The position numbers and the translations under genes were made by a program. Shown here piece by piece: positions 1-10,566 of a DNA stretch of 20,000 nucleotides. The notes under the pieces are model-generated. The model was not told the DNA's origin. It did not search any database and was given only the letters and a program-made list of their open reading frames with translations. How positions within the stretch are numbered: the first letter of the stretch is position 1; the number at the start of each line of letters is the position of its first letter. This DNA comes from Catajapyx aquilonaris (lineage: Eukaryota): assembly GCA_000934665.2 (NCBI GenBank), contig KZ538350.1, forward strand, positions 60,870 to 80,869. Reading direction: 5' to 3'.

Positions 1-1729
1 GTAGTCACTGACTATTTCATTCTTTGTCACTTCTCATTTACAAAAGCCATTTTAGTCTCTGAGATTGTAATTTGCTCAAGTTTAACCATCACTTGAACCC
101 AGCAATGAAAATAAACAATAATTTATCATTCATAAGCACAAATTGAAAGACCGCTCCAGAAAGACTACTAAAATAATGAGCAAGTCCTATATAGTTTTCT
201 GTCTGACCCCCGCTGGTTTTGTCATTGTGTGAATGAGGAGGCTAAACTGCAGTGATTAATAATTAGAAAACAAGCACGTCTGGGATTGCAGATGCACTAA
301 TTACCCCCCACTAGCGCACACCACTTAATGTTATTGCACTGGGATTGTTCCATGTACAAGCACAACTTTAATGAGTTGTAATAAGCCATTAATATCCCTG
401 TATGATGCAAGCCATTACAATAACCCTTACATAAAAGTTACTGAATGATGTAACAGAAGTTCTGCCTTCGCAAGCGATCATAAGGAATCAATAGGAATAT
501 TGGTGTAAATGACATGATGCACTGTCTTCAGGTAATATATTTATGCACGCACTAACATTCATGGTCTGTCGTAACAGGAAATGTCACATGGTCAGGATAT
601 TTTTCTATGTAAAACAGCTCCACGTTTTTTCTCATAAGTTGCTCTTGTTTACATATCACTCTACTGGTAATGGAAGGGGGTTAATATCATATTTCAATAT
701 GGTTCGAACTGCATGACTTGGTACCAATTGAAGCCTTTTAATTGCATGCACTTCAAAAAAAGCGCTTGTGGTTCCAGTAACTGGTCATAACAATGGCTTC
801 ACCCTTGACTTGTTATTAATCCAGTGGTTTTATAAAAGTACAACAAAGTTAGCATCCTGCACCCTAGCACTGGACTAAACCACAGTGTCAGTACGTACTG
901 CCTTACCCAGCAACTTATTAATTGGCCTTGGGCCACTTGCCATCTAGTCCATTCAACAATATCAGCTGTCATAATTTTTGTGGGTCTAAGCTTGTTCTCT
1001 GACTTACTTTATCTATATGGTCATATTTATAGAGCCATTCAGAAGTGGAACAGTTGTGTAGCTATACTATTACGGCATTCTGAAATACCTTTAGTGCCTC
1101 TACTAGAAATTTGGGATAAAGGCCCATTTACGCAAGATTGTCCTTATGCTGTTGTTATCGACTAAACAACACTCCCTGTGATTGTTGTATACACAGGCCA
1201 CTGTTGCCACACCATCAATCAAGAGTCACGCTGATTCATCACAGCTGCATATGAACAGCCTCAAATGGGCCCTAAATCATTGCAGCAACTTACATAAGGT
1301 AAACAGTCTTTACACATGCAACCCATGTACACTACAGGAGTATTCTGAGTTTAAAAAATACTTCCACGCTGGGAGTAAAAACGTGCTTGGCACAAACAAG
1401 GTTTCTGCAATCAGCAAATGTGTACTTTATACTGAAAGGTTCAAATGTAGCATCCAGCTCAACATTGCACGAAGCTGTACTTTTCTGAACCCAACATCCA
1501 GCAGCTGTCTTTTCTTCCTTCCCATGCGATCATACAATTCTCCCTCCCTCTTTTTTTCAAAGGGCATGATTTCCACATAGGCTACCTTGCACAATGCCTT
1601 CTTGTACACACATTCATACTTTACCACACCTTGTGCGGTGACGTGTGCACCCCCCTTAGGCCTCTAGCTGCAAGGCATGGCATGCCACATCCAAATATCC
1701 CTCCCATATGGAGTCCAACCCCCTCTCAC

Positions 1730-1963
1730 CTGCTTGTGGTTCTCGTTGTTGATGTTGACTCCATTGACCTCCACGATCCTGTCCCCGGTCTTCAGCCCCG
1801 CGGCCTCAGCCGGCGACCCCTCGTCCACCTTCCCGATGTACTGTCCCGGCTTGGACTTTTCGGCGTGCAGGTTGAACCCGTACCCGTCAAAGTCTGCCCA
1901 CTTGATCAGGTGGGATAGTCGTGGGCGCGGGGGCATGTCTCCCTCTGGGTCGTGCTCGCCCAT
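1730..1963 (-). CDS. NHERF1: NHERF/EBP50 (Sip1-like) PDZ scaffold protein, coding exon 1 only; gene continues off the left edge
   Basis: Translation [78 protein letters not shown] has the NHERF PDZ signature (PRL...GYGFNLH...[17 protein letters not shown]). ATG at 1963, phase-0 donor CAG|GTGAG at 1730/1729. The paralog number is uncertain in an invertebrate. Confidence 0.88.
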
Positions 1964-2100
1964 GCTTAGGCACCACCAGCCAAGCCTCTGCTGCACTCAC
2001 TCTCACCACACGATGCCACCACGGCAACTACAACAGTACTACACAGACACCTGTCGGGCAGGCTGCTCCGAGGCCAACTGACTCCAGCGCCTCACACGCC

Positions 2101-2169
2101 CGACGTCACAAGTCGATGACAACAAGCTCGCAACCGATTGGTTTCTCGCCCAGTGTGACGTCACTTCCG
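2101..2169 (-). promoter_or_regulatory. Putative NHERF proximal promoter (CRE, CCAAT, ETS-like)
   Basis: CpG-rich patch upstream of the ATG with palindromic GTGACGTCAC (2155-2164), GACGTCA (2102-2108), CCAAT on minus (2137-2141) and CGGAAGT on minus (2163-2169). Confidence 0.5.
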
Positions 2170-3147
2170 TCATTGTAGGTCAAGGATGACGTGTATGGCC
2201 AGGTGGAGAGACGGCCATATTTGATATTACTGCGTGCAAGGCGGCAACTGGTCAATATTTCAAATGTGTGTCTATTATACCCAGTCACACTCATGCTTGA
2301 GCTTTCCCCTTGAAAAAATGGTACATCAATGACTATCTCACTATTTATTTCATTATCCATATATTTACATATTCCCTGCACTGACTTGATACATTACGCT
2401 AGGCTACATTCTGTCCGCTACAATGCATGCATTCTCCATGTTCTGCAGAATATTGTTTATGAGTACTGCAGTTAAAAATAAAAGCGAAATTGTATAACTC
2501 AAGGCAAAAAGCCCAATGCCCACTCCCACATGATATTGCCTAGTTTCTGTGTCATAACAGACTGAGCACATGAGATTTTTCATAAACCACTTTTCTGTTG
2601 ATGTAGTACTTATTGTTATTGAAGTAAATTGAACTGGTTGATGCATGAACACCACATGTACACTTCACAGGCACAAAAAAACATTCAATGCCACTGTTCT
2701 CGCAGGAACCCAGCAATAATACAACAATAATACTAATAATACTTGGAACAAACGCAGCACATGTTAAAATATAAGCTCATCTTTGATGCTGATTTGGTCC
2801 ATGTACCTATTTACTTTAAAAATAAACTATTCAGACTGTCATCATCTGTAATGCACTGCACTGGCCTACCAACCCATTAAGTTCATCCGAGGCAACTTAA
2901 CACTAGCAAAAATAAAATTTTGGTATGATATTGTCTTCAAGTACTGTATTTCACAATGTGGCCTGGAAGATCTTTCATGTTGTTGGAACCCCTGAAGTTG
3001 ATGATATAAATGACCACATCTCAGCGGAGTGGAATACTGTCGCTGTAGGTCTGCTTGTTCTCGGGGCATTTTACATACTCCTGTTTTATTTTATCACTGG
3101 TCACACGTGGACATACTTGCAACTGCAAGCTGCTGCAGATCATTAAC

Positions 3148-3432
3148 AGCTAGAGTAGGTTAACGCACCACCAAAGACAGGTTGGTAATGGCTGGGGGCA
3201 GTGGCTGTGTCACAAAAACAGAGCAGGCAAGCTGAAGGATAGGCGTGTATCCGCTGAAGATAGGCATGTATCCGCAAGGAAGGAAGGTTAGGTTAGGTTA
3301 GGTTGGTGCAGCATATCCCTTCCCAAATCCAAAAAAATCAATACTTGCATCCTTGCATTTGCGACACAGCCACTGCCCTCGTCCACTACTCGCCTCCAGA
3401 CTTTTGCAATATCTCTCTTCCCTACTCCTTCC
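3148..3432. mobile_element. MITE family A, copy 1 (8-bp TSD; Merlin/Mutator-like)
   Basis: Flanked by direct repeat TCATTAAC (3140-3147, 3433-3440). Degenerate TIRs include GGGCAGTGGCTGTGTC / GACACAGCCACTGCCC. Internal (TTAGG)3 at 3288-3302. Clearly homologous to 5941-6270. Confidence 0.8.
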
Positions 3433-3980
3433 TCATTAACATTCTCACTCACATAGTTATGCTCAAGTGCAGTTGATGTGTAATTGGCTGATATCAATTA
3501 AGCATCAATAAACTGATGCTTGTGATGCAATATGTTCTTTGTTGCAATGAGCAGGATGTCAAAAGCATGTGGAAAGGACACTCAGGCCAGGTTAATTACA
3601 GCATGATTTGCATATGTACATTTAATGCAACACATGTTAAAATATTTTGGTTCGCACCAGTTAAACGTCAACAAGCGAAAATTGCACATGTTTAACGATT
3701 TTGCAAAATTTCGCAGCAATGCCAAGTAGATGGTGACAGTCCCTCATCTTAAATACTGACTAGCAGCTTCACATAAAATGTATACAACACAACAAAAATG
3801 CACATTTAAAAGATCCGCCCTTTTAACAGAAGGTATGAAAAGCTTATCAAACAACAACTGCCCACAAATCCCTCCATCACCTAGTCACCCCCAAAATCCT
3901 GAGAGAATGCAGAAATAAATCATAGGTTGTAAATGCAAACCTAAGAGAGAGCCTACCAAACATTTTCTCTTTCAATTATT

Positions 3981-6900
3981 TTACTGGAAGGCATCCTTGA
4001 TGTTCTGGAACTGTCGGATGGCCAGATCGACAGGGAGGTCAAATTGAAACTTGGCCAACTTCTCCATGGACTTCAGGGCGTCTTCAAAGCCTGTCTTTGC
4101 CACGTAGCTCCATGGCTGGTACATCCTTTCAACCAGTGACTGGCATGACACAATGAGGCGCAGCCACGGAACCAGTTTCTTTGCACTTTAAGAAACAAAC
4201 AAATTATATTAATGAAAGCCATACACCATTGATATAGGGCACTTACTTCAGGGCGGCACATATGAAGGCTTTGAAGTGAGAATCATAGCTGCGCTTGTAC
4301 TTGGTGTGAGTTGCCAAGATATTCCCTATGGTGCTCAGCAACATCTGTGAAATAACACGCATGTGTAAGTGAATCTGAAATCATTTGCCGACCTCGGGGG
4401 AAGAAAGATCAAGGTCCATTTTTTGTCAAAAATGAGTTACATATCTGAGATACTTTCACTAGTGTAGAATATGATGGTTTGGTCGTGGTTGTGAAGTAAT
4501 GATCACAGCTCACTAAGGAAGGCCCCGAAAGTGGAATTTACAATTGAACCTTATGGGCCTTCGACATTTAAAATAGGATTATCTCAGTTTCACCTCAGGT
4601 GGACCTTGATCGTTTTTCTCCTGAGGTCTTCATTTAATATCATCTGCTAGAATAATTTATTCATCAGTATCATCCCTCATTATTCACATTGGGAAAGATT
4701 CCTCTCTGTCCAGGGTCTGTTCCCCATGGGTTTATTGCATTTTGAAATGAAAATGTACAGGTCTAATTGAAACATACTTGTTTGGAAGTGATAGCAGTTC
4801 CTCCCATAATGTCCAAATTGAAGCTCTGGCTGAGTTTGCGTGCTGGAGTTGCATTGTACTGCTCTCCTCTTTTCTGCTCATAATATCTCATGATAAGTTC
4901 CCAAGCATGCAGCTGGTGGGTTATGCTGCTGCTCCGTGCTGGGAAACAACCACCAAAAGGTACCAGGCTGCGGCTGTGACTTGGCTGCAAACAAATTTGT
5001 AATCCCATGATAGGTCAGCATGTCATCATGTCAAATATTTTTGTAGACTTACAGGGCTAAGACCATGCTCCATCAGATCTCGAATGGCAATAGCCAGTTC
5101 CTTTCTAACAGCAGTCGTCAGCCTCTCTTGACAGAGAATAGAGGGGGCATCATCAGAATCGGAGGTATAGTCAGAGTCAACAGGCATCTCGATTGTGACT
5201 GCTGCCGCTAGCTCAGCCACTCTTGCCACAGCCACTTCCAGGTTAGCACGAAGGTCCCTAGTAAAGAATTTTAGAATTTACATTACAAAAAAAGAAATGA
5301 CTATGGCAGGATGTTAACATGTTCAGATGGCATTAAGTAAAATACCCCCAATGATTTCCTTTGGTGGTTTTCTTGAGCGAGTTTTTCCTGAAATGCTGAG
5401 TTCCACACCCAAACTGTGAGAGTGCAAACATCTGCAGTAGAGTCAGCATCTTCTTCATGATGTCTATGGTCCTAGAATTAATCTCCTCTGCCTCCTGCTC
5501 TCTCATCCCATGAAACCGACCATTCCTCACCCCATCGCCCATTCCTAATCCAGCGGAAGATGGTGTTTTTCCACACCTGGCTGTCCCACCTCCCCTTCCT
5601 AGCCTCTTTGGAAGTGAGGTGTGACTGCTTCCATGAACAGGACAGTCACATGTACAGTGCTCATTTCCAAATGGTCCTGGTGAAGTTGCTTCTCCTGTGA
5701 ATCCATACAAGTTAAGCACAATACTACAACTGCTGATTAGACGTGAAGTTAACACTCAAGTTGCTAATAATGCCCCAAGATACAGTATTACAGAACATAA
5801 TAATTTGCAACACTCCTGTCAAATAAATGAAGTTCACATTTGCTTGAATAATGTTTGGTTATAAAGTCACTCAAATTATATTTCAACAAGTGAAGAGGAC
5901 ACGGAGAGAGGAAATCTTCCCATGAACAAGCTATTGCTACGGTTAGAGTTGGCTTCTTAGACACGCAGAAGGCGGGAAGGTGAGTGGTGGTTGGGGGCAA
6001 TGGCTGTGTTTCAAACACGGAGCAGGCAGGCTGAAGGATAGGCATGTATCCGCTGAAGATAGGTCTGGATCCGCAACGAAGGAAGGTCAGGTTAGCTTGG
6101 GTTGGGTTGGTACAGCATACTCCTTCCCCCGCTACATTCGGTCTGTCATTACAAAATCCAAATAATCAATACTTGCATCCGCTTGCATCCTTGCTTTTGC
6201 GACACAGCCATTGCCTCCAGCCGCCACTCACCCTCCCACCTTTCGCGTGTCTACAAGCCCTACGCCTTCCATTGCTACACCCATGTCACTTTACTACCAC
6301 AAACTACTCTCCTTTCTTTTCACAATCCTAAATAAATTATTAATTACACTAGTGCTACTGCAAACATGTACTAAGATAGTGTTATTATGCATGTACCTTA
6401 GACATTCATTGTACAATATTTTTCCAAGAGCATGCAGCAAGCAAAAGTGGAAGTCTAAAATTAGTAACTAGAGAAGAAAGCACACCTTGCAGGAAGGAGA
6501 TGAATCTTTCCAAGTCTACAATTTGTGTTTTGAGTTGTGCCACCAGCTGCTCCTTCATCTTCAAAGGGTTCACCAACTACTCCCAAGAAGCGGATTATAA
6601 TAAGAATGGAAACCAAACAAAACTACGGTTAGTTCCATGTTAATGTGAAAAAGTTAGTGTGACAATATTATTGCTACTTGAAGAGTCATACAAATTACAC
6701 AAAATTACACATAAAGGTCACACAGCCAATTTAAAATTAGATGATGATGGTGAGCAGAGTGGGAGGGAAAATACTTCCCTTTCCATGTATTGAGTTACGA
6801 AGAATTTGAAAACTTATGTGGCTGCAGATTCAACTAATTTTTAGTAATTATTTACAGCATTCCCAATAGAATTAATACATTCAGAAATCAAAAAAATCTT

Positions 6901-7863
6901 ACCTGGCTTACAGCCTGGTCCACCTGACTTTTGAGATCATCCTCTGTTAGACTGTCCATGTCATCAACCTTCAAGTCGAGTTTTCCTTTGAGTTGATCTG
7001 CAAGCATGTAAGTTAATGTATTGAGGACTATCATTATTGAACTTAGCATGTGCTGAGGCAAGGAGACTCACCAATAACTACCCTCTGCCTTTCAAGTACT
7101 ACGCTTTGTGGAGGTCCAGCCTCACCAGTCACATAAGCGTAGGTCTCCAAATCCTCCAATTGTGCCTTCAGCTGGGAGATGAGCTCCTTCTGCCGAACTC
7201 TCTGCACCATCATCTTCTCTTCCAAGTCATCTGCCCACTTCACATCTTCCCTTCCACCAACGCCACTGCCTTTCCGGCTCTCACCATACTCCTGCGTGTC
7301 TCCATCATCTTCCGTGTCTTCCCATTTCCCACCAGTTATGAAGTGGGGTTGGCGCATGTCAGGTATGCCTCGAAATGCAAATTCCTCCAGATCTTTGAGC
7401 AGCTGCTCTTTGCATTCCTGAGGGGCATCCACTATCTGCTTCAGGCGGAATTGTACCTGGAAAGAGAAAATGATAGAGCAGGTTTTCTTCAAGCAATAGA
7501 AATCCTTACCTGAGCAAAGTGAGTTGTGAGGGCCAGAAGGCTGTTATTGAGGTGTTCCTGCTCTTCTTCCAGTCTTCGAAGTCTTTCTGCCTCATTTGGT
7601 CCCCTGCAAAAATTGCAGCAAATTTAAATTCTGGTTGCAATTTTAAGACACTGTCCATATTTGAATTTGTCCCCTCATAACATCATGTGTTAATGAATTA
7701 ACTCTTGGTAACATTCTACTCACATTTGGTCTTCCTGTACAACACACAGATCCAATTTATCAGCATCATTGGCACCCAAAGGGGCCCACCTTTCTCCTGC
7801 GGGAGCATCATGATCATCAAGATCAAGCTCCACTAATTCGCACTGCAGCTGTTCCTCTGACAT
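3981..7863 (-). CDS. RUNDC1: RUN domain-containing protein 1, 10 coding exons, ~622 aa
   Basis: Exons 7863-7724, 7603-7510, 7456-7072, 6997-6903, 6576-6486, 5694-5346, 5257-5053, 4984-4778, 4344-4247, 4185-3981; all GT-AG and phase-consistent (1869 nt). Hallmark motifs GERWAPLGA, SLLALTTHFAQVQFRLKQIV, KEQLVAQLKTQIVDLERFI, PARKLSQSFNL and C-terminal LPVDLAIRQFQNIKDAFQ*. An acceptor 1 nt before the ATG implies an upstream non-coding exon. Confidence 0.95.
4387..4631. mobile_element. MITE with 32-bp TIR and ATTT TSD (Sola1-like), in a RUNDC1 intron
   Basis: 4387-4418 matches the reverse complement of 4600-4631 at 26/32. ATTT lies directly on both sides (4383-4386, 4632-4635). Confidence 0.7.
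5941..6270. mobile_element. MITE family A, copy 2, in a RUNDC1 intron
   Basis: Long imperfect TIRs (TAGACACGC...GGTGAGTGG...GGCAATGGCTGTGT / ACACAGCCATTGCC...CCACTCACC...GCGTGTCTA). 8-bp TSD ATTGCTAC at 5933-5940 and 6271-6278. Confidence 0.88.
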
Positions 7864-9637
7864 TCTGCAACAAGAATTGAAAAATGTTTCAGTAATGCAA
7901 CATTTGGCATTTAATACTCATGAAATGATTATTCATCTATTGTGACATCAATGTGCAATTTTTCCTGCCAATCACCAGCCCAACCTTGGCTAACATTATC
8001 TCATAACCTGCGTCACTTTATACCTTAACATATGACATCACCCACCATTATTAAACTGCTTCATGCATACCTTTCCTTGAAAAATATTAAGGTCAGTTCA
8101 TCCTTATTATGCACGTGCAAGGATATGTTTGATCTGACAGCAGCATGTACTGTGCAAGTTTGTAAACAAGCACATGCTCCTATTGACAGTGAGTTATAGG
8201 TAGCACATTCAGAGTAGGTGCCTTGGACGCAGGCTGTGACGGCAGAAAGGATGTGAAATTGGCCTGAAGATAAGGCAATATATCACGCATGTCAAAGCGA
8301 TATCTCTTGTGACACCTAGGGATTACTGAATAAAGCCCTTTCATCAAATTGCTTTGCCTGTGACGAACAAAAAAACTAAAACTATTTTATGCAGTTATTC
8401 TTTTCCCTGTCCTCCACTTACGCAAATAGATGCCATAGCTGACCATAAAATTATTCCACATTTAGCAATTTTTATTTATTTATTTATTTATTTTCCCTAT
8501 CCCGTGCTAGAGCATTGGCTCCTTTTTTTTTTTTTTAGTGGCGTGGGACCGTATTTTCTGTATAATTTTCCATTTTCTTCACTCTCCAGTGCAAGGTATC
8601 AGGAAATTGGGTAAGGATAGAGATTTTCGGGGAGGGGACACTTCTTGTGCAGGTGCAATGTCGGATATTGGGTCATGTGCTGTCCCCCAGGAGGTTAGGT
8701 TGCCAGACACCTCCAAGGTGCGGGTCAGAGACCCTCCCGAGGCAGGTGAAAGGGAAATCCCAGGCGGGGATAAAACCTGGGACGTTTCACTCAGCAAGCC
8801 GAGACGTTACCATCTCAGCCACCACACCTCTGATATTTATGCGACAATTGGTAACAAATATCATGAATACCTTCACCCCACATGACCTTCAAGACTGCGA
8901 AACCACATGCTGCAAGATACATTAACAGCTGCAGCTGGGGAAGGTCTTCACCCTCTAATTGAATTGCAAAGTTTAATACCTGCAATTGTTTCAGCCCAAC
9001 CTGACATACTGCCATACTGGCATGCAGTGTCCTGACTCTGTCACCTGACTCAACAGTTGCACCTTCCTCTGTGCCACCTGAGCAGTACAAATCAACCCTG
9101 CCCTCCCCGGCCTGCGGTGCATGTCCCCAGCAACCCAATGTGTGGTACCTCCCCTTTCGTGTCCTGGCCATGCAGCATGGCAGCTGTTCCTTCTCTCACC
9201 TGTGGGTGAGTGTGTGGGTGGGCGTGCGGGTGACGATCGAATGACGTCCGGGTAAGTCTACTAATCACAGCCTTCGACCCGACCGCGACCCCTCCGCACC
9301 CTGTCCCTCCAAGGCCCGACCTCGTGGCACCATAACCCCAACAGGGTGCTGCACTGCTACTGGACGGACACGTCCCACACTCCGGAACAACAAGAAGACG
9401 TGCAGCACCCGACCACTTCGGAGTACAGAAAAAGTCAGCCTGCTAATCCTTACTTCCCTAATCGGCCGATGTGGCGCTTGGATCGAATTTACGTCAGTGG
9501 ACAAGTGACTATCGCAGGCGCCACATTCAAAGTCGCGTACACGGTGTATACACGTAACTGGGCCTGGTTCGGACCTGGTCTACTATATACTGGCAGCATG
9601 GACCGGGTTGGCGAGACCAAATGGGCGATACTGCGAA

Positions 9638-9745
9638 TTATGCAAAACGTCATGGTTTTCCCGCACTGGGGAAATCTCAGGTCAAAAGGTTATCAGGAGG
9701 TTTTTGTTGCTATAAAATGCCCAGAAGGTCGTCTCATTTCGTAGT
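9638..9745 (+). promoter_or_regulatory. C-type lectin promoter: C/EBP-like site, two Rel/kB sites, GATA, TATA, Inr-like
   Basis: TTATGCAA 9638-9645; TGGTTTTCCC 9653-9662 (=GGGAAAACCA on minus); GGGAAATCTC 9669-9678; TTATCA 9690-9695; TATAAAA 9711-9717; TCATTT 9734-9739. Confidence 0.6.
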
Positions 9746-9749
9746 AACC

Positions 9750-10365
9750 ATGTTTGTCTACTTGGTAGTGGGATGCATGGGGCTGGCTCTCATTTGCTGT
9801 GCTGATGAAACGTGTCCTCCGCCATTTGTCCAGATGACGACTGGTTGCTATTACTTTAGCGACCATACGTTCAACTGGTGGGAAGCAGTCGAAAGTTGCC
9901 GGATACATGATGCGGTGCTAAGCAAAGTGGAGTGTAAGGAAGAAGATGATTTGCTGCAAGGACATGCTCGGAAATGTAAGTTGCATTGCATATTATTACT
10001 CCCATTGTGAAATATTATTTAAAAGATTTACGATGTCAACAGTGAATGCGTCTTTTTGGTTGGGCGGAACCGATTTGGGACATGAAGGCCGATGGCTGTG
10101 GGAATCGAATCAAAAGCCATTTCTTTACAAAGGCTGGACTACATTACCTGACAACTGGAAAGGCATTGAGCACTGTCTCGTGCTAATGGCTCAATGGGGT
10201 TTCAAGTGGAATGACGCCAGCTGTGAAGGAAAACACCGCTACATCTGCAAGAAGAACCCTGTTCCTCAAGCACCCCCTTGTGAAGTGCACATTCACTCTA
10301 CGTGTCCACCAACGCAAAGTGTATCCAAAAACTGTAATTGTCCGTCTATTAATAACGTCGTGTAA
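9750..10365 (+). CDS. Secreted single-CTLD C-type lectin (perlucin-like), 2 exons, ~182 aa
   Basis: Signal peptide MFVYLVVGCMGLALICCA. CTLD motifs CPPPF...CYYF...W.EA..SC, FWLGGTD...EGRWLW, EHC, WNDASC...YICK. Exons 9750-9975 and 10043-10365 (67-nt phase-1 intron). AATAAA at 10400-10405. Confidence 0.92.
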
Positions 10366-10493
10366 ATTTTGGCTGTACTTGTAAATATGAACAATAGCAA
10401 ATAAATGAGGTTTAATTGCAAATTGTGCCCGTGCCACGATTTTTCCATACAAGTGACCACTTTTTGATATAATTCCATTTAAAAGTGGCGCAA

Positions 10494-10566
10494 TGACGTC
10501 ACGAATTGATATAACAAGTGTGGATCACGCTACGTGGCGCTGCGGTCGCTTTCAAAGATGGCGTCT
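10494..10566 (+). promoter_or_regulatory. ICT1 promoter: CRE and YY1-like motif over the start codon
   Basis: TGACGTCA at 10494-10501; AAGATGGCG spans the ATG at 10558; region is CpG-rich. Confidence 0.45.

Noticed and set aside
889..900. 12-bp palindrome CAGTACGTACTG
   Set aside because: Isolated, with no TIR/TSD or other context.
980..1627. ORFs of 61-132 aa in NHERF intron 1
   Set aside because: Non-ATG starts, AT-rich, no recognisable domain or exon-like boundaries.
2925..3146. 73-aa ORF with a TM-like hydrophobic stretch
   Set aside because: T-rich sequence antisense to the probable RUNDC1 3' UTR; no promoter or homology support.
7037..7513. 158-aa plus-strand ORF (and similar ORFs opposite Drp1, NHERF and MRPL46 exons)
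   Set aside because: Antisense shadows of real coding exons.
9346..9744. 132-aa plus-strand ORF upstream of the lectin
   Set aside because: GTG start, runs through GC-rich promoter motifs, no recognisable domain.
10021..10026. Alternative lectin acceptor tttaaaag at 10025
   Set aside because: Phase is incompatible with the donor at 9976; the acceptor at 10042 keeps the frame.
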